Positions 30,795 to 41,464 of a stretch of 64,000 nucleotides of DNA are shown here, piece by piece. The notes below the pieces were generated by a model, which searched no databases, had not been told where the DNA came from, and saw nothing but the letters and a program-made list of their open reading frames with translations. Location: NCBI GenBank assembly GCA_965246875.1, contig CBDFFU010000006.1:353938-417937 (forward strand), given 5' to 3'. Both the position numbers and the translations under genes were made by a program. This DNA comes from Alphaproteobacteria bacterium. GTDB lineage: Bacteria; Pseudomonadota; Alphaproteobacteria; Micavibrionales; SZUA-601. The first letter of the stretch is position 1. Each line of letters starts with the position of its first letter.

Positions 30795-32255
30795 TTATGA
30801 TCCCATGAAACCTGGCAAGTCAGACCCAAACCCACGTACGGAACTGTCATCCTCATCATTCAGATCGCGCGGTGCCGGACGTGATGGCTGTGTTTTGGCG
30901 TATTGCGGCAATTGCTGCGGCGGACGGTCTTGTGGTGGTCTATCTTGTGGCGGTCGTTCTTGTGATCGCCGTGGACCACGATCCTGTTTTGGTTCAGGAC
31001 GCGGGTGCTGTGGCTGCGCTGGTTTGCGATCAAATTGTTGTGGTGGACGCGGTACCGGAGCAGGCCGTGCCGCTGCGGGCATTTGTTGTTGTTGCGTATT
31101 CCGGCTGTGCAATTCCATCACCGGCAACACTTTCTCAATCAGTTTTTGAATCGCATCCAGATGCTTGTCCTGTTCCGGTGTCACCAGTGCAATTGTCTCA
31201 CCGGTTTTGCCAGCACGTCCGGTACGCCCAATGCGATGCACGTAATCTTCGGAACTGAAGGGCAGATCGTAATTGATAACGCAGGCGACATCGTCAATGT
31301 CCAAGCCACGCGCGGCCACATCACTGCATACCACAATTTTCGCGGTGCCCGCTTTGAAGGCGTTCAAATTCTCATAGCGTTTGCTCTGTGGCATATCACC
31401 ATGAATGGCAACACAGGCGTATTTTTGGGTATGCAGCACGCGATAGACTTTATCGACATCCTGTTTGCGGTTACAGAAAATCAACGTGCTTTGTTCAGGT
31501 TTCAATTGCAGCAAGGCAATCAAATCGTGGTTCTTATCCTTGACGCTCGTGCGCACAATATGTTGTGTCACGGTAGTCGCGGTTGACGACGGGCGGCTGA
31601 CCGTGATTTGTTTTGGGTTGCTCAAAAACTTGTCGGCAATCGTTTTGATTGATGGTGGCATGGTGGCCGTAAACATCATCGTCTGACGCATCGTTGGCAA
31701 CAATGTCCCGATTTTTTCGATATCGGGAATAAAGCCCATATCCAGCATGCGGTCCGCTTCGTCGATGACGAAAATTTTGACAGCGGTCAACAACACGCGC
31801 CCACGACTAATATGATCCAGCAAACGCCCGGGCGTCGCGATCAAGACATCGACGCCACGATCCAATAACGAAATCTGTTCACCCATCGCATCGCCACCGA
31901 CCAAAAGCGCCGAGGTCAGGCCCGTATATTTGCCGTAGAGCGTAAAGTTTTCCTGAATCTGCGCCGCCAATTCGCGGGTCGGAGATAACACCAAGGCGCG
32001 GGGCATGCGGGCCTTGCTGCGCCCAGCCTGTAAAATTTCTAACAAGGGTAACGTAAACGATGCCGTTTTGCCGGTTCCGGTTTGCGCAATACCAATAATA
32101 TCGCGCGTCATTAACGCTGGTGGAATAGCCTGCGCCTGAATTGGCGTGGGTGTCGTGTAGCCCACTTCGATAATCGCCTTGAGCAACGTATCACTCAGGC
32201 CCAGATCAGCAAAGCTAATGGTTGGTGCAGTATCGGCTGTGTTGGTCGTTGTCAT
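30795..32255 (-). CDS. DEAD-box RNA helicase (RhlE-like)
   Basis: Q motif PTPIQ, AQTGTGKT, PTRELA, DEAD, ARGLD, HRIGRTGRAG; RPPQ repeats in the tail. Confidence 0.96.
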   Translation of the reverse strand: MTTTNTADTAPTISFADLGLSDTLLKAIIEVGYTTPTPIQAQAIPPALMTRDIIGIAQTGTGKTASFTLPLLEILQAGRSKARMPRALVLSPTRELAAQIQENFTLYGKYTGLTSALLVGGDAMGEQISLLDRGVDVLIATPGRLLDHISRGRVLLTAVKIFVIDEADRMLDMGFIPDIEKIGTLLPTMRQTMMFTATMPPSIKTIADKFLSNPKQITVSRPSSTATTVTQHIVRTSVKDKNHDLIALLQLKPEQSTLIFCNRKQDVDKVYRVLHTQKYACVAIHGDMPQSKRYENLNAFKAGTAKIVVCSDVAARGLDIDDVACVINYDLPFSSEDYVHRIGRTGRAGKTGETIALVTPEQDKHLDAIQKLIEKVLPVMELHSRNTQQQQMPAAARPAPVPRPPQQFDRKPAQPQHPRPEPKQDRGPRRSQERPPQDRPPQDRPPQQLPQYAKTQPSRPAPRDLNDEDDSSVRGFGSDLPGFMGS

Positions 32256-34222
32256 CAAATATCCAAATCTTTTGCAAACACGGCGTTGTCTTGAATGAAA
32301 CGGAACCGTGTTTCCGCTTTTTTACCCATGAGATTTTGCACGAGTTCACGTGCATCGCTGTTACTAGCCACATCGACAATCACGCGCATCAATTGGCGCT
32401 TGCGGTGGTCCATTGTTGTTTCTTTGAGTTGCGCGGCTGGCATTTCGCCAAGACCCTTGAATCGGCTGATGTCGATCTTGCGTTTCGCGTCAAAATCCTT
32501 GGCAATCATTTTATCTTTGTCAGCATCGTTCATCGCGTAAGCGGATTTTTTACCCTGCACCAAGCGATACAATGGCGGCTGCGCCATGAAGACACGGCCT
32601 GATTCAATCAGGCCTGGCATCTTGGTAAAAAAGAAGGTCAGCAACAATGATGCAATGTGCGCACCGTCAACATCCGCATCGGTCATGATAATGATACGTT
32701 CGTAACGCAGATCATCCAGTTTGAAATGCTTATCGAGCTGGCAACCCAGTGCCACAGTCAAATCCGAAATTTCCTGATTGGCCATCATCTTATCGTTTGA
32801 GGCACTTTCGACATTCAGGATTTTCCCTCGCAGTGGCAAAATAGCCTGCGTATTCCGGTCACGTGCGGTTTTGGCGGAACCGCCCGCTGACTCACCCTCA
32901 ACGATAAAGATTTCTGTACCAATGGTGGAATTGCTGCTGCAATCCGCCAGTTTGCCGGGCAGCCGCAGTTTTTTCGTCGCCGTTTTGCGCGGCATGTTCT
33001 TCGCGTCTTTTTTCGCCAGACGCTCTTCCATTTTGAGCAAGATGCCATCAAGCAAGGCGCGTGATGCAGCAGGATTATTGACCAGCCACAGATCCATCGG
33101 ATCTTTCAAGGCATTCTCAACCCAGCGCGTCACTTCGCGTGACACCAACTTCTCTTTTGTCTGACCCTGAAAATGCGGTTCACGAATAAACACCGACACA
33201 ATGATGGCTGCACCCTGCAAGACATCTTCACCTGTCACTTTGGCGGCGGCCTTATCGCTGATCCGGTCACCATAGGTGCGAATGCCCGTCAATAATGCCT
33301 GACGCAACCCCGCTTCATGCGTACCACCTTGCGGCGTAACAATGGTGTTGCAATAGGAATGGATAAAACCTTCGGCATCCTCTGGCCAGCACACAGCCCA
33401 TTCCATCCGGCCATTCTTATCGGGGAAATTTGTTTCACCCTTAAAGATAGGACCAGGTTCGATATTGTTATCGGCCAGTTCTTCCAACAAGAATTGCGAC
33501 AGGCCATGCGGAAAATGCAAAACAGCATTTTGTGGCGTATTGTCTTTAATCAGTTCTTTAGCACAGCTCCAGTGAATGCTAACGCCGCTGTAGAGAAACG
33601 CTTTTGAGCGAACCAAGTGATACAACCGTTTCGGATGAAACACCGCACCTTTTTCAAAAATGCTGAAGTCAGGATAAAAGGTGAGGGATGTGCCGCGTTT
33701 TGTTGTTGGGCCGACGGTCAATAATTTTGATGTCGGTGTGCCACAGCTGTAGGTTTGGCGATACAAAGTTTTATCGCGTGCGACTTCGACGATTAATTGA
33801 TCGGATAACGCATTCACAACGGACACGCCAACCCCGTGTAGACCGCCAGACGTTTCATAGGCTTTGTTGGAAAACTTACCGCCGGAATGGAGTGTGGTTA
33901 AAATAACTTCCAGTGCGGATTGCTTGGGAAATTTTGGATGCGGGTCAATGGGGATGCCACGGCCGTTATCGGTAATCGTCATTGACCCATTGGCATTCAT
34001 GATGACTTCAATTTTGCTGGCATGGCCGGCCACGGCTTCATCCATCGCATTGTCCAGCACTTCCACAACCAGATGCTGCAAAGCGCGGTCGTCGGTGCCA
34101 CCCACATACATGCCGGGGCGGCGGCGGACGGGCTCAAGCCCTTCCAACACCTCGATGTCGGCAGCCGAATAGGAGTTCAAAGCAGAGTCTTTGGATTTTT
34201 TTGCAGAGAGAAGATCAGACAT
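32255..34222 (-). CDS. parE: DNA topoisomerase IV subunit B
   Basis: EVLEGLEPVRRRPGMY, GGLHGVG, EGESAGGSAK, PLRGKILN, MTDADVDGAHI, RFKGLGEM; no GyrB insert. Confidence 0.95.
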   Translation of the reverse strand: MSDLLSAKKSKDSALNSYSAADIEVLEGLEPVRRRPGMYVGGTDDRALQHLVVEVLDNAMDEAVAGHASKIEVIMNANGSMTITDNGRGIPIDPHPKFPKQSALEVILTTLHSGGKFSNKAYETSGGLHGVGVSVVNALSDQLIVEVARDKTLYRQTYSCGTPTSKLLTVGPTTKRGTSLTFYPDFSIFEKGAVFHPKRLYHLVRSKAFLYSGVSIHWSCAKELIKDNTPQNAVLHFPHGLSQFLLEELADNNIEPGPIFKGETNFPDKNGRMEWAVCWPEDAEGFIHSYCNTIVTPQGGTHEAGLRQALLTGIRTYGDRISDKAAAKVTGEDVLQGAAIIVSVFIREPHFQGQTKEKLVSREVTRWVENALKDPMDLWLVNNPAASRALLDGILLKMEERLAKKDAKNMPRKTATKKLRLPGKLADCSSNSTIGTEIFIVEGESAGGSAKTARDRNTQAILPLRGKILNVESASNDKMMANQEISDLTVALGCQLDKHFKLDDLRYERIIIMTDADVDGAHIASLLLTFFFTKMPGLIESGRVFMAQPPLYRLVQGKKSAYAMNDADKDKMIAKDFDAKRKIDISRFKGLGEMPAAQLKETTMDHRKRQLMRVIVDVASNSDARELVQNLMGKKAETRFRFIQDNAVFAKDLDI

Positions 34223-34282
34223 GGTGCGGATTATGCCAGTTTAACGCTTGCAAACAAGAGGGCAGACGGGCAATCTGGCCCT

Positions 34283-35746
34283 ATGTTCAAAGATCTATTG
34301 CGCATAGTCCAGTCCCAAAAATCGGCCGCTTCACCATCAGAGGCAGCCCGAAAAACCATATCCGGGAAGACGAATACGACAAGCGCAAAAAAATCGTCTC
34401 CCGATGCCGAGGCAGTTAAGCGTTCCCGACGTGATAAACTGGTGTTTATAGGGCTGACAATTGCGGTCATTGTGCCTTATACGATTATCCAAAACCTCAG
34501 TAATACCTCACATGACGGAGCAAATCAGACGGAGTCAGTGATCCCGCTGGCGCAATTGACCGGCAAGATTGGTGCCCAGCCGCGCACACTGACACCGGAA
34601 CAACAATTCCGTCGTGACAACAACAAAAATGTGTTGTTGAGTGACGGCAAGACGATTCCGGCCAACGTGGTGCAAGAGCGGACCAATCTGTTCCGTCAGG
34701 TGCCGTTCGGAGATACGGAGCTGGCATACGAAATGCGCCTGCCGACCAGCTGGGGGCAAAGCCGCTTCACGCAATATGGGTCACCAACGGCTGAAAAATA
34801 TAAGGTTTTGACGAATATCGACCGGTTTTTCGGGCCAAGCCTGGAAGACAAGCGACCGTTCGTTTGGATGGAGGTTGAAGCACTCGACCGCTTGGTCACC
34901 GCCGAACAATACATGAACCAGTATCTAATCAAGCGCGGCATCACGCCTGAAGCTGTCAAGGTGTACGACGGTACACGTGCCGAGACGTTATTTATCCAGT
35001 CGCGTGATTACAGTTCATTCGTTGTGCGGGCTTTATTTGTCATGAATGGCGACCGGCTCATGCTGATTACATTTGGGGTGCCGATTGAAGAGTATAAGAA
35101 TTACAAGGATATTATGGGGCTGACTTTGTCCTCCTATCGCATGTTACAAACAATCGAGCGGCAGCCAGAGCCAGTTGCCAGTTATAAGCTGCTGAACGTG
35201 TTGACCTTTGATTACCCATCACGCTGGCAAACCCGCAATCAGAACCGCACCAGCAGTTTGAACCCGTCTGTCGAATTGGTATTGCCAACCGAATTGCAAG
35301 TTGCCGTCGATAATGTCAACCATATCCAGCAGATTGAAGGATTGATTCTGGTTAATGCCTGGCGTAACAGCCCGCTGTTCAACCGGGCTGTTTTGGAAGA
35401 AACGATTGTTAAACGCCTTCAGCAAAACCGCTTGAAATTGGAGGCTGTGTTGCAGCCGGATCAAGCGTTGCCAACACATGATGGTATGCTCCGTATGAGC
35501 CAGGCTATTTATATTGGACGGATCGACATCGCGGCTCCGACGACTGAAGAGTTTGGCATTATTCAAGATACCACCGGTAATCCGCGTCAGGAAATTTGGG
35601 TGACGACATTGGATAATGGCGATTATACGGCAGCGATTACCCTGCTGACTTGGCCGCAAACCAAAAACTATGTGAATTGGTCGTATAACGTGGCGGCCTA
35701 CCAGAAAATCATTGATACGCTGAAATTACGGCAATCCATATACTAA
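34283..35746 (+). CDS. Hypothetical membrane-anchored protein (487 aa)
   Basis: Divergent from parE; basic N-terminus, one TM, two periplasmic halves each starting with a (L/Y)PxxW motif (PsbP/DcrB-like pattern, tentative). Confidence 0.75.
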   Translation: MFKDLLRIVQSQKSAASPSEAARKTISGKTNTTSAKKSSPDAEAVKRSRRDKLVFIGLTIAVIVPYTIIQNLSNTSHDGANQTESVIPLAQLTGKIGAQPRTLTPEQQFRRDNNKNVLLSDGKTIPANVVQERTNLFRQVPFGDTELAYEMRLPTSWGQSRFTQYGSPTAEKYKVLTNIDRFFGPSLEDKRPFVWMEVEALDRLVTAEQYMNQYLIKRGITPEAVKVYDGTRAETLFIQSRDYSSFVVRALFVMNGDRLMLITFGVPIEEYKNYKDIMGLTLSSYRMLQTIERQPEPVASYKLLNVLTFDYPSRWQTRNQNRTSSLNPSVELVLPTELQVAVDNVNHIQQIEGLILVNAWRNSPLFNRAVLEETIVKRLQQNRLKLEAVLQPDQALPTHDGMLRMSQAIYIGRIDIAAPTTEEFGIIQDTTGNPRQEIWVTTLDNGDYTAAITLLTWPQTKNYVNWSYNVAAYQKIIDTLKLRQSIY

Positions 35747-35817
35747 ACACGCATTATTAGGTTTTTGGCAATATCACGGCAGCATACTAAAATTCCAACC
35801 GCAAACCAGGCGACCGA

Positions 35818-36594
35818 ATGTCCGTGCCAACTGCCCCTGCCATAGCCCTGATTGCCGGTGACAATGATACTGCGCGTCAGGCCTTCGCCGACGTCATGCG
35901 CGTGGTTGATACTGTGCCGATTGATCAGGCTGACGTGATCGTGGTGCTTGGCGGCGATGGCACGATGCTGCAAACCATGCACGATAATTTGCACCGCAAT
36001 TTGCCGATTTACGGCATGAATTGTGGGTCGATCGGGTTTTTGCTCAATCTGTATTCACCGGATTTTCTGACCAAACGCATTCTCAAGGCGCGTACGGTGA
36101 CACTCAATCCGCTGATGATGACCGCTCACCGCAAAAATGGCGAAGTTGTGCAAGCCGCTGCCATCAACGAAATTTCCCTGTGGCGGAATTCCCGTCAGGC
36201 CGCAAAATTATGCATCGATGTCGATGGTGTTAATCGCCTGGCTGAACTCATTTGCGACGGTGTGATGGTGGCAACACCAGCCGGCAGCACGGCGTATAAT
36301 TTATCCGCCCATGGCCCGATTTTGCCGCTGCAATCACAAGCCTTGGCCCTGACGCCGATCTGCCCGTTTCGGCCACGCCGCTGGCGTGGGGCGATATTGA
36401 ATCATGATGCTAAAATTACCCTGCGTGTGCTGGAACAGGATAAACGCCCGGTCCACGCCGCGGCAGACTCGCTTGAAGTAACGGACATTGAACGCGTGGA
36501 AATTTCCCGCAATCCCGACATGCATATCAATCTGTTATTTGATCCCGATCACTCGCTGGAAGAACGTATTCTCAACGAACAATTCCTGGGTTGA
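35818..36594 (+). CDS. nadK: NAD kinase
   Basis: LGGDGTML, GSIGFL, NE, DG..ATPAGSTAYNLSAHGP. Confidence 0.95.
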   Translation: MSVPTAPAIALIAGDNDTARQAFADVMRVVDTVPIDQADVIVVLGGDGTMLQTMHDNLHRNLPIYGMNCGSIGFLLNLYSPDFLTKRILKARTVTLNPLMMTAHRKNGEVVQAAAINEISLWRNSRQAAKLCIDVDGVNRLAELICDGVMVATPAGSTAYNLSAHGPILPLQSQALALTPICPFRPRRWRGAILNHDAKITLRVLEQDKRPVHAAADSLEVTDIERVEISRNPDMHINLLFDPDHSLEERILNEQFLG

Positions 36595-36599
36595 ATGAC

Positions 36600-37364
36600 T
36601 TAGCGTTTTGGCGCTAAACCTGGATCCGCTGCGGGTAATGTATCGTCTTTCAAATCATCATCCATCAAATTTTCCAGCGTACTGCTGGTGCTGGCAAACG
36701 CTTTTTCATCGCGCTTGTCCAGCAACAGGTGTGTTGCATCCAGTGGATCATACAGTTTGATTTCGATTAAATCGGCCATGATCGGTTTGACGATCTGGTC
36801 GCGATAAGTTGTAAAATTTGCGCTGTCGGCACCCAATGGTTTCAACGTCAATTCGATCATCGGCTGCTTTTTATCCAGTGCCATCTTTTGCAGGGCTGCC
36901 CAGTCACCGCCCCGGTAAAACGGAGCTTGTAGCGGTAAAACCATGCTGGCGGCATTGCGAATAAAGACGCCATATGTCACGTTTGCCACCTCGAAATTGA
37001 TCGGGCTATCCGCATCCAAGTCTTTGAACTGAATGGTCTGAAGACTGGGGGCAATACTGTTGATGGCAAAATTCTGCCGTACCGTAATCAAGCTGTTACG
37101 CTTTGTGGCTTGAAACACACCTTCTAATGCGTTGCGTTCTTGCGTAATGAGCGCATCACGGCCAAATTCGGGCGTGTTTTCTATTTTCGGGCTGGCTTTA
37201 GCCAGCGCGTTAAAGTCAGGTGGTACATTCAATAATTTGGCATAGAGCATCGCCACTTCCAGAGGAATGGTTGCTGGGCGAGCCGCTTCAACGGGATCCA
37301 TCTGTGCCCACGCTGGTAGGCTGGTCAAAAAAAGACATAAAAATAATGCTGTCAGACGCGGCAT
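36600..37364 (-). CDS. Exported hypothetical protein
   Basis: GGAG RBS, signal peptide ending AWA-Q; no family recognised. Confidence 0.75.
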   Translation of the reverse strand: MPRLTALFLCLFLTSLPAWAQMDPVEAARPATIPLEVAMLYAKLLNVPPDFNALAKASPKIENTPEFGRDALITQERNALEGVFQATKRNSLITVRQNFAINSIAPSLQTIQFKDLDADSPINFEVANVTYGVFIRNAASMVLPLQAPFYRGGDWAALQKMALDKKQPMIELTLKPLGADSANFTTYRDQIVKPIMADLIEIKLYDPLDATHLLLDKRDEKAFASTSSTLENLMDDDLKDDTLPAADPGLAPKR

Positions 37365-37527
37365 AGCTGTTCTCCATAGAAGGCTTCATCCTATCAACGG
37401 ATAAGTTAATTTTTTCCAGCATTCAGGGCAAGTCACGCCTGGAACTGGCAACGGCAACCCCTTGCGCTTGGGCTGGAAAGTCTTATCGTGACGAACCTGT
37501 ATCTCATAACCATTGTGTGTCATCCTT

Positions 37528-38973
37528 ATGTCCGCCTCCCAATCGCCTTCGATCCCTATGCTCCGCCGCCAACGCCACACCAAGATTGTGTCAACCATCG
37601 GACCGGCTTCCAGCTCGATCGAGATGATCCGGGCATTGTTTGTCGCGGGCGTTGACACGTTCCGTTTGAATTTTTCGCATGGTAGTCACGAAGATCACGG
37701 CCAGCGCTATCACAACATCCGTCAAATCGAAAAAGAATTTGGCCGTCCAATCGGCATTTTTGCCGATCTGCAAGGGCCTAAATTGCGCTTGGGTAAATTT
37801 GCTGACGGCTTTGTTGATGTCGGTCCAGGCAGCCGGATTGTGCTGGACAGTGACCCGACACCGGGCAATGCCGAGCGTGTGCATTTGCCACATCCGGAAA
37901 TTATCGCGGCTTTCCAGGTCGGCGATCCACTATTGATCGACGACGGCAAAGTCAGCCTGAAAATCATTGAAAAACGCACCGATGCCGTTGTTGCCGAAGT
38001 GGTAACCGGCACGAAACTGATGGACCGCAAAGGCGTCAATTTGCCTGGCACGATCATTAATGTATCGGTTTTGACACCAAAAGATTTGAAAGACATGGAG
38101 TTCGCTCTGGGCTTGGGTGTTGACTGGGTGGCCTTGTCATTTGTGCAACATGCGCAAGATGTTATCGACGCGAAAAAAATCATTGCCGGCCGCGCACAGA
38201 TTATCGCCAAAATCGAAAAGCCATCCGCTGTCGCACATATCGACGCAATTATCGCAGAAACCGATGCCATTATGCTGGCCCGTGGCGATCTGGGTGTTGA
38301 ATGTCCGCCGGAACAAGTGCCGGTTATTCAAAAAGCCGTCATCAGTGCCGTGCGTAATGCCGGTAAACCGTTGATCATTGCCACGCAAATGCTGGAATCG
38401 ATGATCAGCGCGCCAACACCAACCCGTGCTGAAGCATCCGATGTGGCGACAGCCGTGTTTGATGGCGCTGATGCTGTCATGACCTCCGCCGAAACCGCGT
38501 CCGGTGATTTCCCGATTGAAACTGTGACGATCATGGATAAAATCGCGCGCACGGTCGAAACATCCGAAATCTACGCGGATTTGATGCGCCACCGCCATAT
38601 TCCAAGCGAAGCGAATGTGGCTGGCGCGATTACGGCGGCAGCTCATCATGTCGCGCAAACAGTGGATGCAACCGCAATTGCCTGTTTCTCAACATCAGGC
38701 CAAACCGCTTTGCGCATGGTGCGTGAGCGTCCAAACATGCCAGTTGTCTGCCTGTCCCCGGATGAAAAAGTCGTGCGTCGTTTGTCCCTGTCATTCGCAG
38801 CCAGTCCGGTGCTGGTTAAAACGATGGATCGTTTCGACGATCTGATTGCCCTGGCCAAGCAAACGCTGATCACCCATGAGTTTGCTAAACCTGGTGATAC
38901 GATCGTCATCACGGCAGGCGAATTGCATGGTGAGCCCGGCAAGACAAACACACTGCGTGTCGTCACGCTGTAA
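37528..38973 (+). CDS. pyk: Pyruvate kinase
   Basis: TKIVSTIGP, FRLNFSHG, DLQGPK, AKIEK, ARGDLG, ATQMLESM; start 37528 or 37558. Confidence 0.97.
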   Translation: MSASQSPSIPMLRRQRHTKIVSTIGPASSSIEMIRALFVAGVDTFRLNFSHGSHEDHGQRYHNIRQIEKEFGRPIGIFADLQGPKLRLGKFADGFVDVGPGSRIVLDSDPTPGNAERVHLPHPEIIAAFQVGDPLLIDDGKVSLKIIEKRTDAVVAEVVTGTKLMDRKGVNLPGTIINVSVLTPKDLKDMEFALGLGVDWVALSFVQHAQDVIDAKKIIAGRAQIIAKIEKPSAVAHIDAIIAETDAIMLARGDLGVECPPEQVPVIQKAVISAVRNAGKPLIIATQMLESMISAPTPTRAEASDVATAVFDGADAVMTSAETASGDFPIETVTIMDKIARTVETSEIYADLMRHRHIPSEANVAGAITAAAHHVAQTVDATAIACFSTSGQTALRMVRERPNMPVVCLSPDEKVVRRLSLSFAASPVLVKTMDRFDDLIALAKQTLITHEFAKPGDTIVITAGELHGEPGKTNTLRVVTL

Positions 38974-39104
38974 AAGCGGACTAAAAGACATTCTTTGCAG
39001 CGTTATGGCTCGCTTGGTGCGTGTAAAAGTAAAACTTTGTTAACAGCTTTCCCCTTTAATGGGCAAGCTTGAAAACCAGTTAAAACGCCCGGCGTCCATA
39101 TATT

Positions 39105-39479
39105 ATGTCTATAAAAATTCCGAAAAAAATCCTTGTAGTTGAAGATAATGATTTCGTACGGCTGCAAATCGGGACATTTTTAAAATCCGCAAACTATGAT
39201 ATCATCGAGGCAATCGACGGTGAGAGTGCCGAAGACCAGATCCGTTTTAATCCTGATGTCATCATTGCCGACGTCATGATGGAGCCGGTGGGGGGCTTTG
39301 CATTTATCCGTTCCATTCGCAACAAAGGCGTTGATGTGCCCGTCATCTTGGTAACAGCCGACCAAAATCATGATTTATTGGAACAATCCAATAAACTGGG
39401 TGTTGCCACTGTATTGATCAAGCCCGTTAAAAAAGAACGTTTGATTGCCATGGTCCAACGCTGCATTGAACGTGGGTGA
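39105..39479 (+). CDS. Single-domain response regulator (CheY-like receiver)
   Basis: ILVVED, DVMM, LVTA, KP; overlaps the secretin start. Confidence 0.9.
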   Translation: MSIKIPKKILVVEDNDFVRLQIGTFLKSANYDIIEAIDGESAEDQIRFNPDVIIADVMMEPVGGFAFIRSIRNKGVDVPVILVTADQNHDLLEQSNKLGVATVLIKPVKKERLIAMVQRCIERG

Positions 39480-41353
39480 TAGAGATGATCACAGTTGCCA
39501 TCAAATCTGTCAAAAAGCCAAAACGATTTTACAAGGCAATGGCGATCCTGACTTTGATAGCTCAATTGGCTGGCTGTAACAGTGATGCCAACGTTGCAGG
39601 AACGCGGCATATCGACATTCCTGAAGCCGATGCACCTGGCGCAAAATTCAGCAAAACTGCGGTCAACCGCTTAAAAGAAGCACCTGTCGTTTACGTCAAG
39701 CTTGGCGACGATGTCCTGAAACCCATGCGTAAAAATAACGCAACAACATTGCCAAGTAAAAAAGTTGGTCCATTTGAATTGCGCGAGGAAACATTAGCCG
39801 CTGCCTTGCAACTTGTTATGGCAGACGCTGACATCCCGCTAGCGTTTCAGACTAGTGAAGCCTTGGCACGAACCGTAACGGTTTCGCAATTGTCAGGACC
39901 CATGGGTGAAGTTGTCGATCGCTTGTGCAGTTTAGCAGATCTGTATTGTTCCTATGATAAAGGCGTTCTGGTGATCAAAGATGTTGAGACCTTCAGCGTT
40001 TCATTGCCACCTCTGGCTGCCGATAATTATGATGACTTCCTCAACGGCATTCGCACGGTCACCGGTCGTGATGCCTATATTGACGCAACCACCCGCACGC
40101 TGATTTATTCATCATCACACCGCAACAGTGACCAGGCGGAAGAATATTTTGAACGGTTACGTGCGAATACGGCTTTAATTGTTTTTGAAACGCAGATCTG
40201 GGAAGTCACATTAAACAATGGCAATAATACCGGCATTCGCTGGGAAACACTGGATACAACATCGGCGACTAGCGGAGCGCCTGCAGGGTCTAGTTCAAAT
40301 TCTGTTTCAAATGGTAACCTCGGTTTCAATGGGGCCATTCCGGGTGCCACAATTGCGGGCGCTATTAGTGGTGGTGTGCGTTATTTAAGTGGTGATTTAA
40401 ACGCGAACATTGTATTCCAATTCCTTTCGACCCAAGGTGCTGTTAAAACAATTTCCCAGCCGCAAATCACAGTGTTGTCTGGGTCAACAGCTAAATTGCG
40501 GGTTGGGAACAGCCAGAAATACGTCTCACAAATCACCCGGACTGCCGGCCTCAGCACGAGCGGCGACAGTTTGTCCTTGACCACTGACACGTTGAATACG
40601 GGTCTGAACATGGAAATCAACAGTGCCTGGGATCAATCCACTGTTTATGGTAATCTCAAACTGGATCTGCAGGATCTGGTCAATATCGACAAAGTTACGG
40701 TGGGTGGCGTCAATGGTACGAGTATCCAGTTGCCAGAGACAGCGGAGCGGTCTTTGGAAACACGTATTCGTATTCGTCCAGGTGACGCTTTGATCATTGG
40801 CGGGATCGTGCAGGAACGCGATCAATATCGCCGTGATGGCCTCGGTGGCATGAAACCCATTATACCAACTAACCGTGCTGACAGCGCGCGTAATTCGGAG
40901 CTGGTCATCATGATGCGTCCGCATGTGGTGGTCTATACGGATAAACCGCCAGCAGACGCCGTTCTATTAAATGATGGGTTATATTTGGATAATCCACAGA
41001 AAGAGGTGCCGGCTGTCAACATAATGTCTCCAGCCTCAATCGTCGCGGCACCGCCACAGATGGTTGCAATTCCAGCCAATGCGCCTGCTGCAGTAGGGGC
41101 AGCAGTGCCTGTCGTTCAGCAAAGCACCCGGCAGATTACTGTTACAGATGCAGAGGTAGTCACGCCGGGGAATTCTGGTGGGTCAGCAACGAGACCGGCG
41201 CCTTTGCGGCCAAAACCGCTATCGCCAGCGGAGGTCCAGCGTTTTAACCAGCAAGTGGCTAAACCGCCTGTTTCCACTACGTTGCCACCAGCACCCAGCA
41301 TGTCACAATATCTCAATGATTTGGCACCTATGCAAATCGCACCAAGCAACTAG
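39476..41353 (+). CDS. Secretin (lipoprotein, PilN/BfpB/MshL-like) with Pro-rich tail
   Basis: Lipobox LAGC; FETQIWEVTL....GIRW, LSTQG.VK.ISQP.ITVLSG, GD.LIIGG, SELVIMMRP secretin-domain motifs. Confidence 0.88.
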   Translation: MIEMITVAIKSVKKPKRFYKAMAILTLIAQLAGCNSDANVAGTRHIDIPEADAPGAKFSKTAVNRLKEAPVVYVKLGDDVLKPMRKNNATTLPSKKVGPFELREETLAAALQLVMADADIPLAFQTSEALARTVTVSQLSGPMGEVVDRLCSLADLYCSYDKGVLVIKDVETFSVSLPPLAADNYDDFLNGIRTVTGRDAYIDATTRTLIYSSSHRNSDQAEEYFERLRANTALIVFETQIWEVTLNNGNNTGIRWETLDTTSATSGAPAGSSSNSVSNGNLGFNGAIPGATIAGAISGGVRYLSGDLNANIVFQFLSTQGAVKTISQPQITVLSGSTAKLRVGNSQKYVSQITRTAGLSTSGDSLSLTTDTLNTGLNMEINSAWDQSTVYGNLKLDLQDLVNIDKVTVGGVNGTSIQLPETAERSLETRIRIRPGDALIIGGIVQERDQYRRDGLGGMKPIIPTNRADSARNSELVIMMRPHVVVYTDKPPADAVLLNDGLYLDNPQKEVPAVNIMSPASIVAAPPQMVAIPANAPAAVGAAVPVVQQSTRQITVTDAEVVTPGNSGGSATRPAPLRPKPLSPAEVQRFNQQVAKPPVSTTLPPAPSMSQYLNDLAPMQIAPSN

Positions 41354-41464
41354 ACGACATATAATCGTCTTTGCGCTGGGCAAGATTTTCTTTTTCTTAA
41401 ATCTTTCTGCGTTAAATCTTATAGGAGCACCTCATTTTAAACGAGGATGGCTTAAAGGATAGCA

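Noticed and set aside
34022-34282. Long N-terminal extensions given by the ORF track (also 57427-57789 for mutY, 8006, 8655, 12929, 47913, 49363)
   Set aside because: They overlap genes on the other strand or upstream genes; downstream ATGs with RBS or coupling fit better
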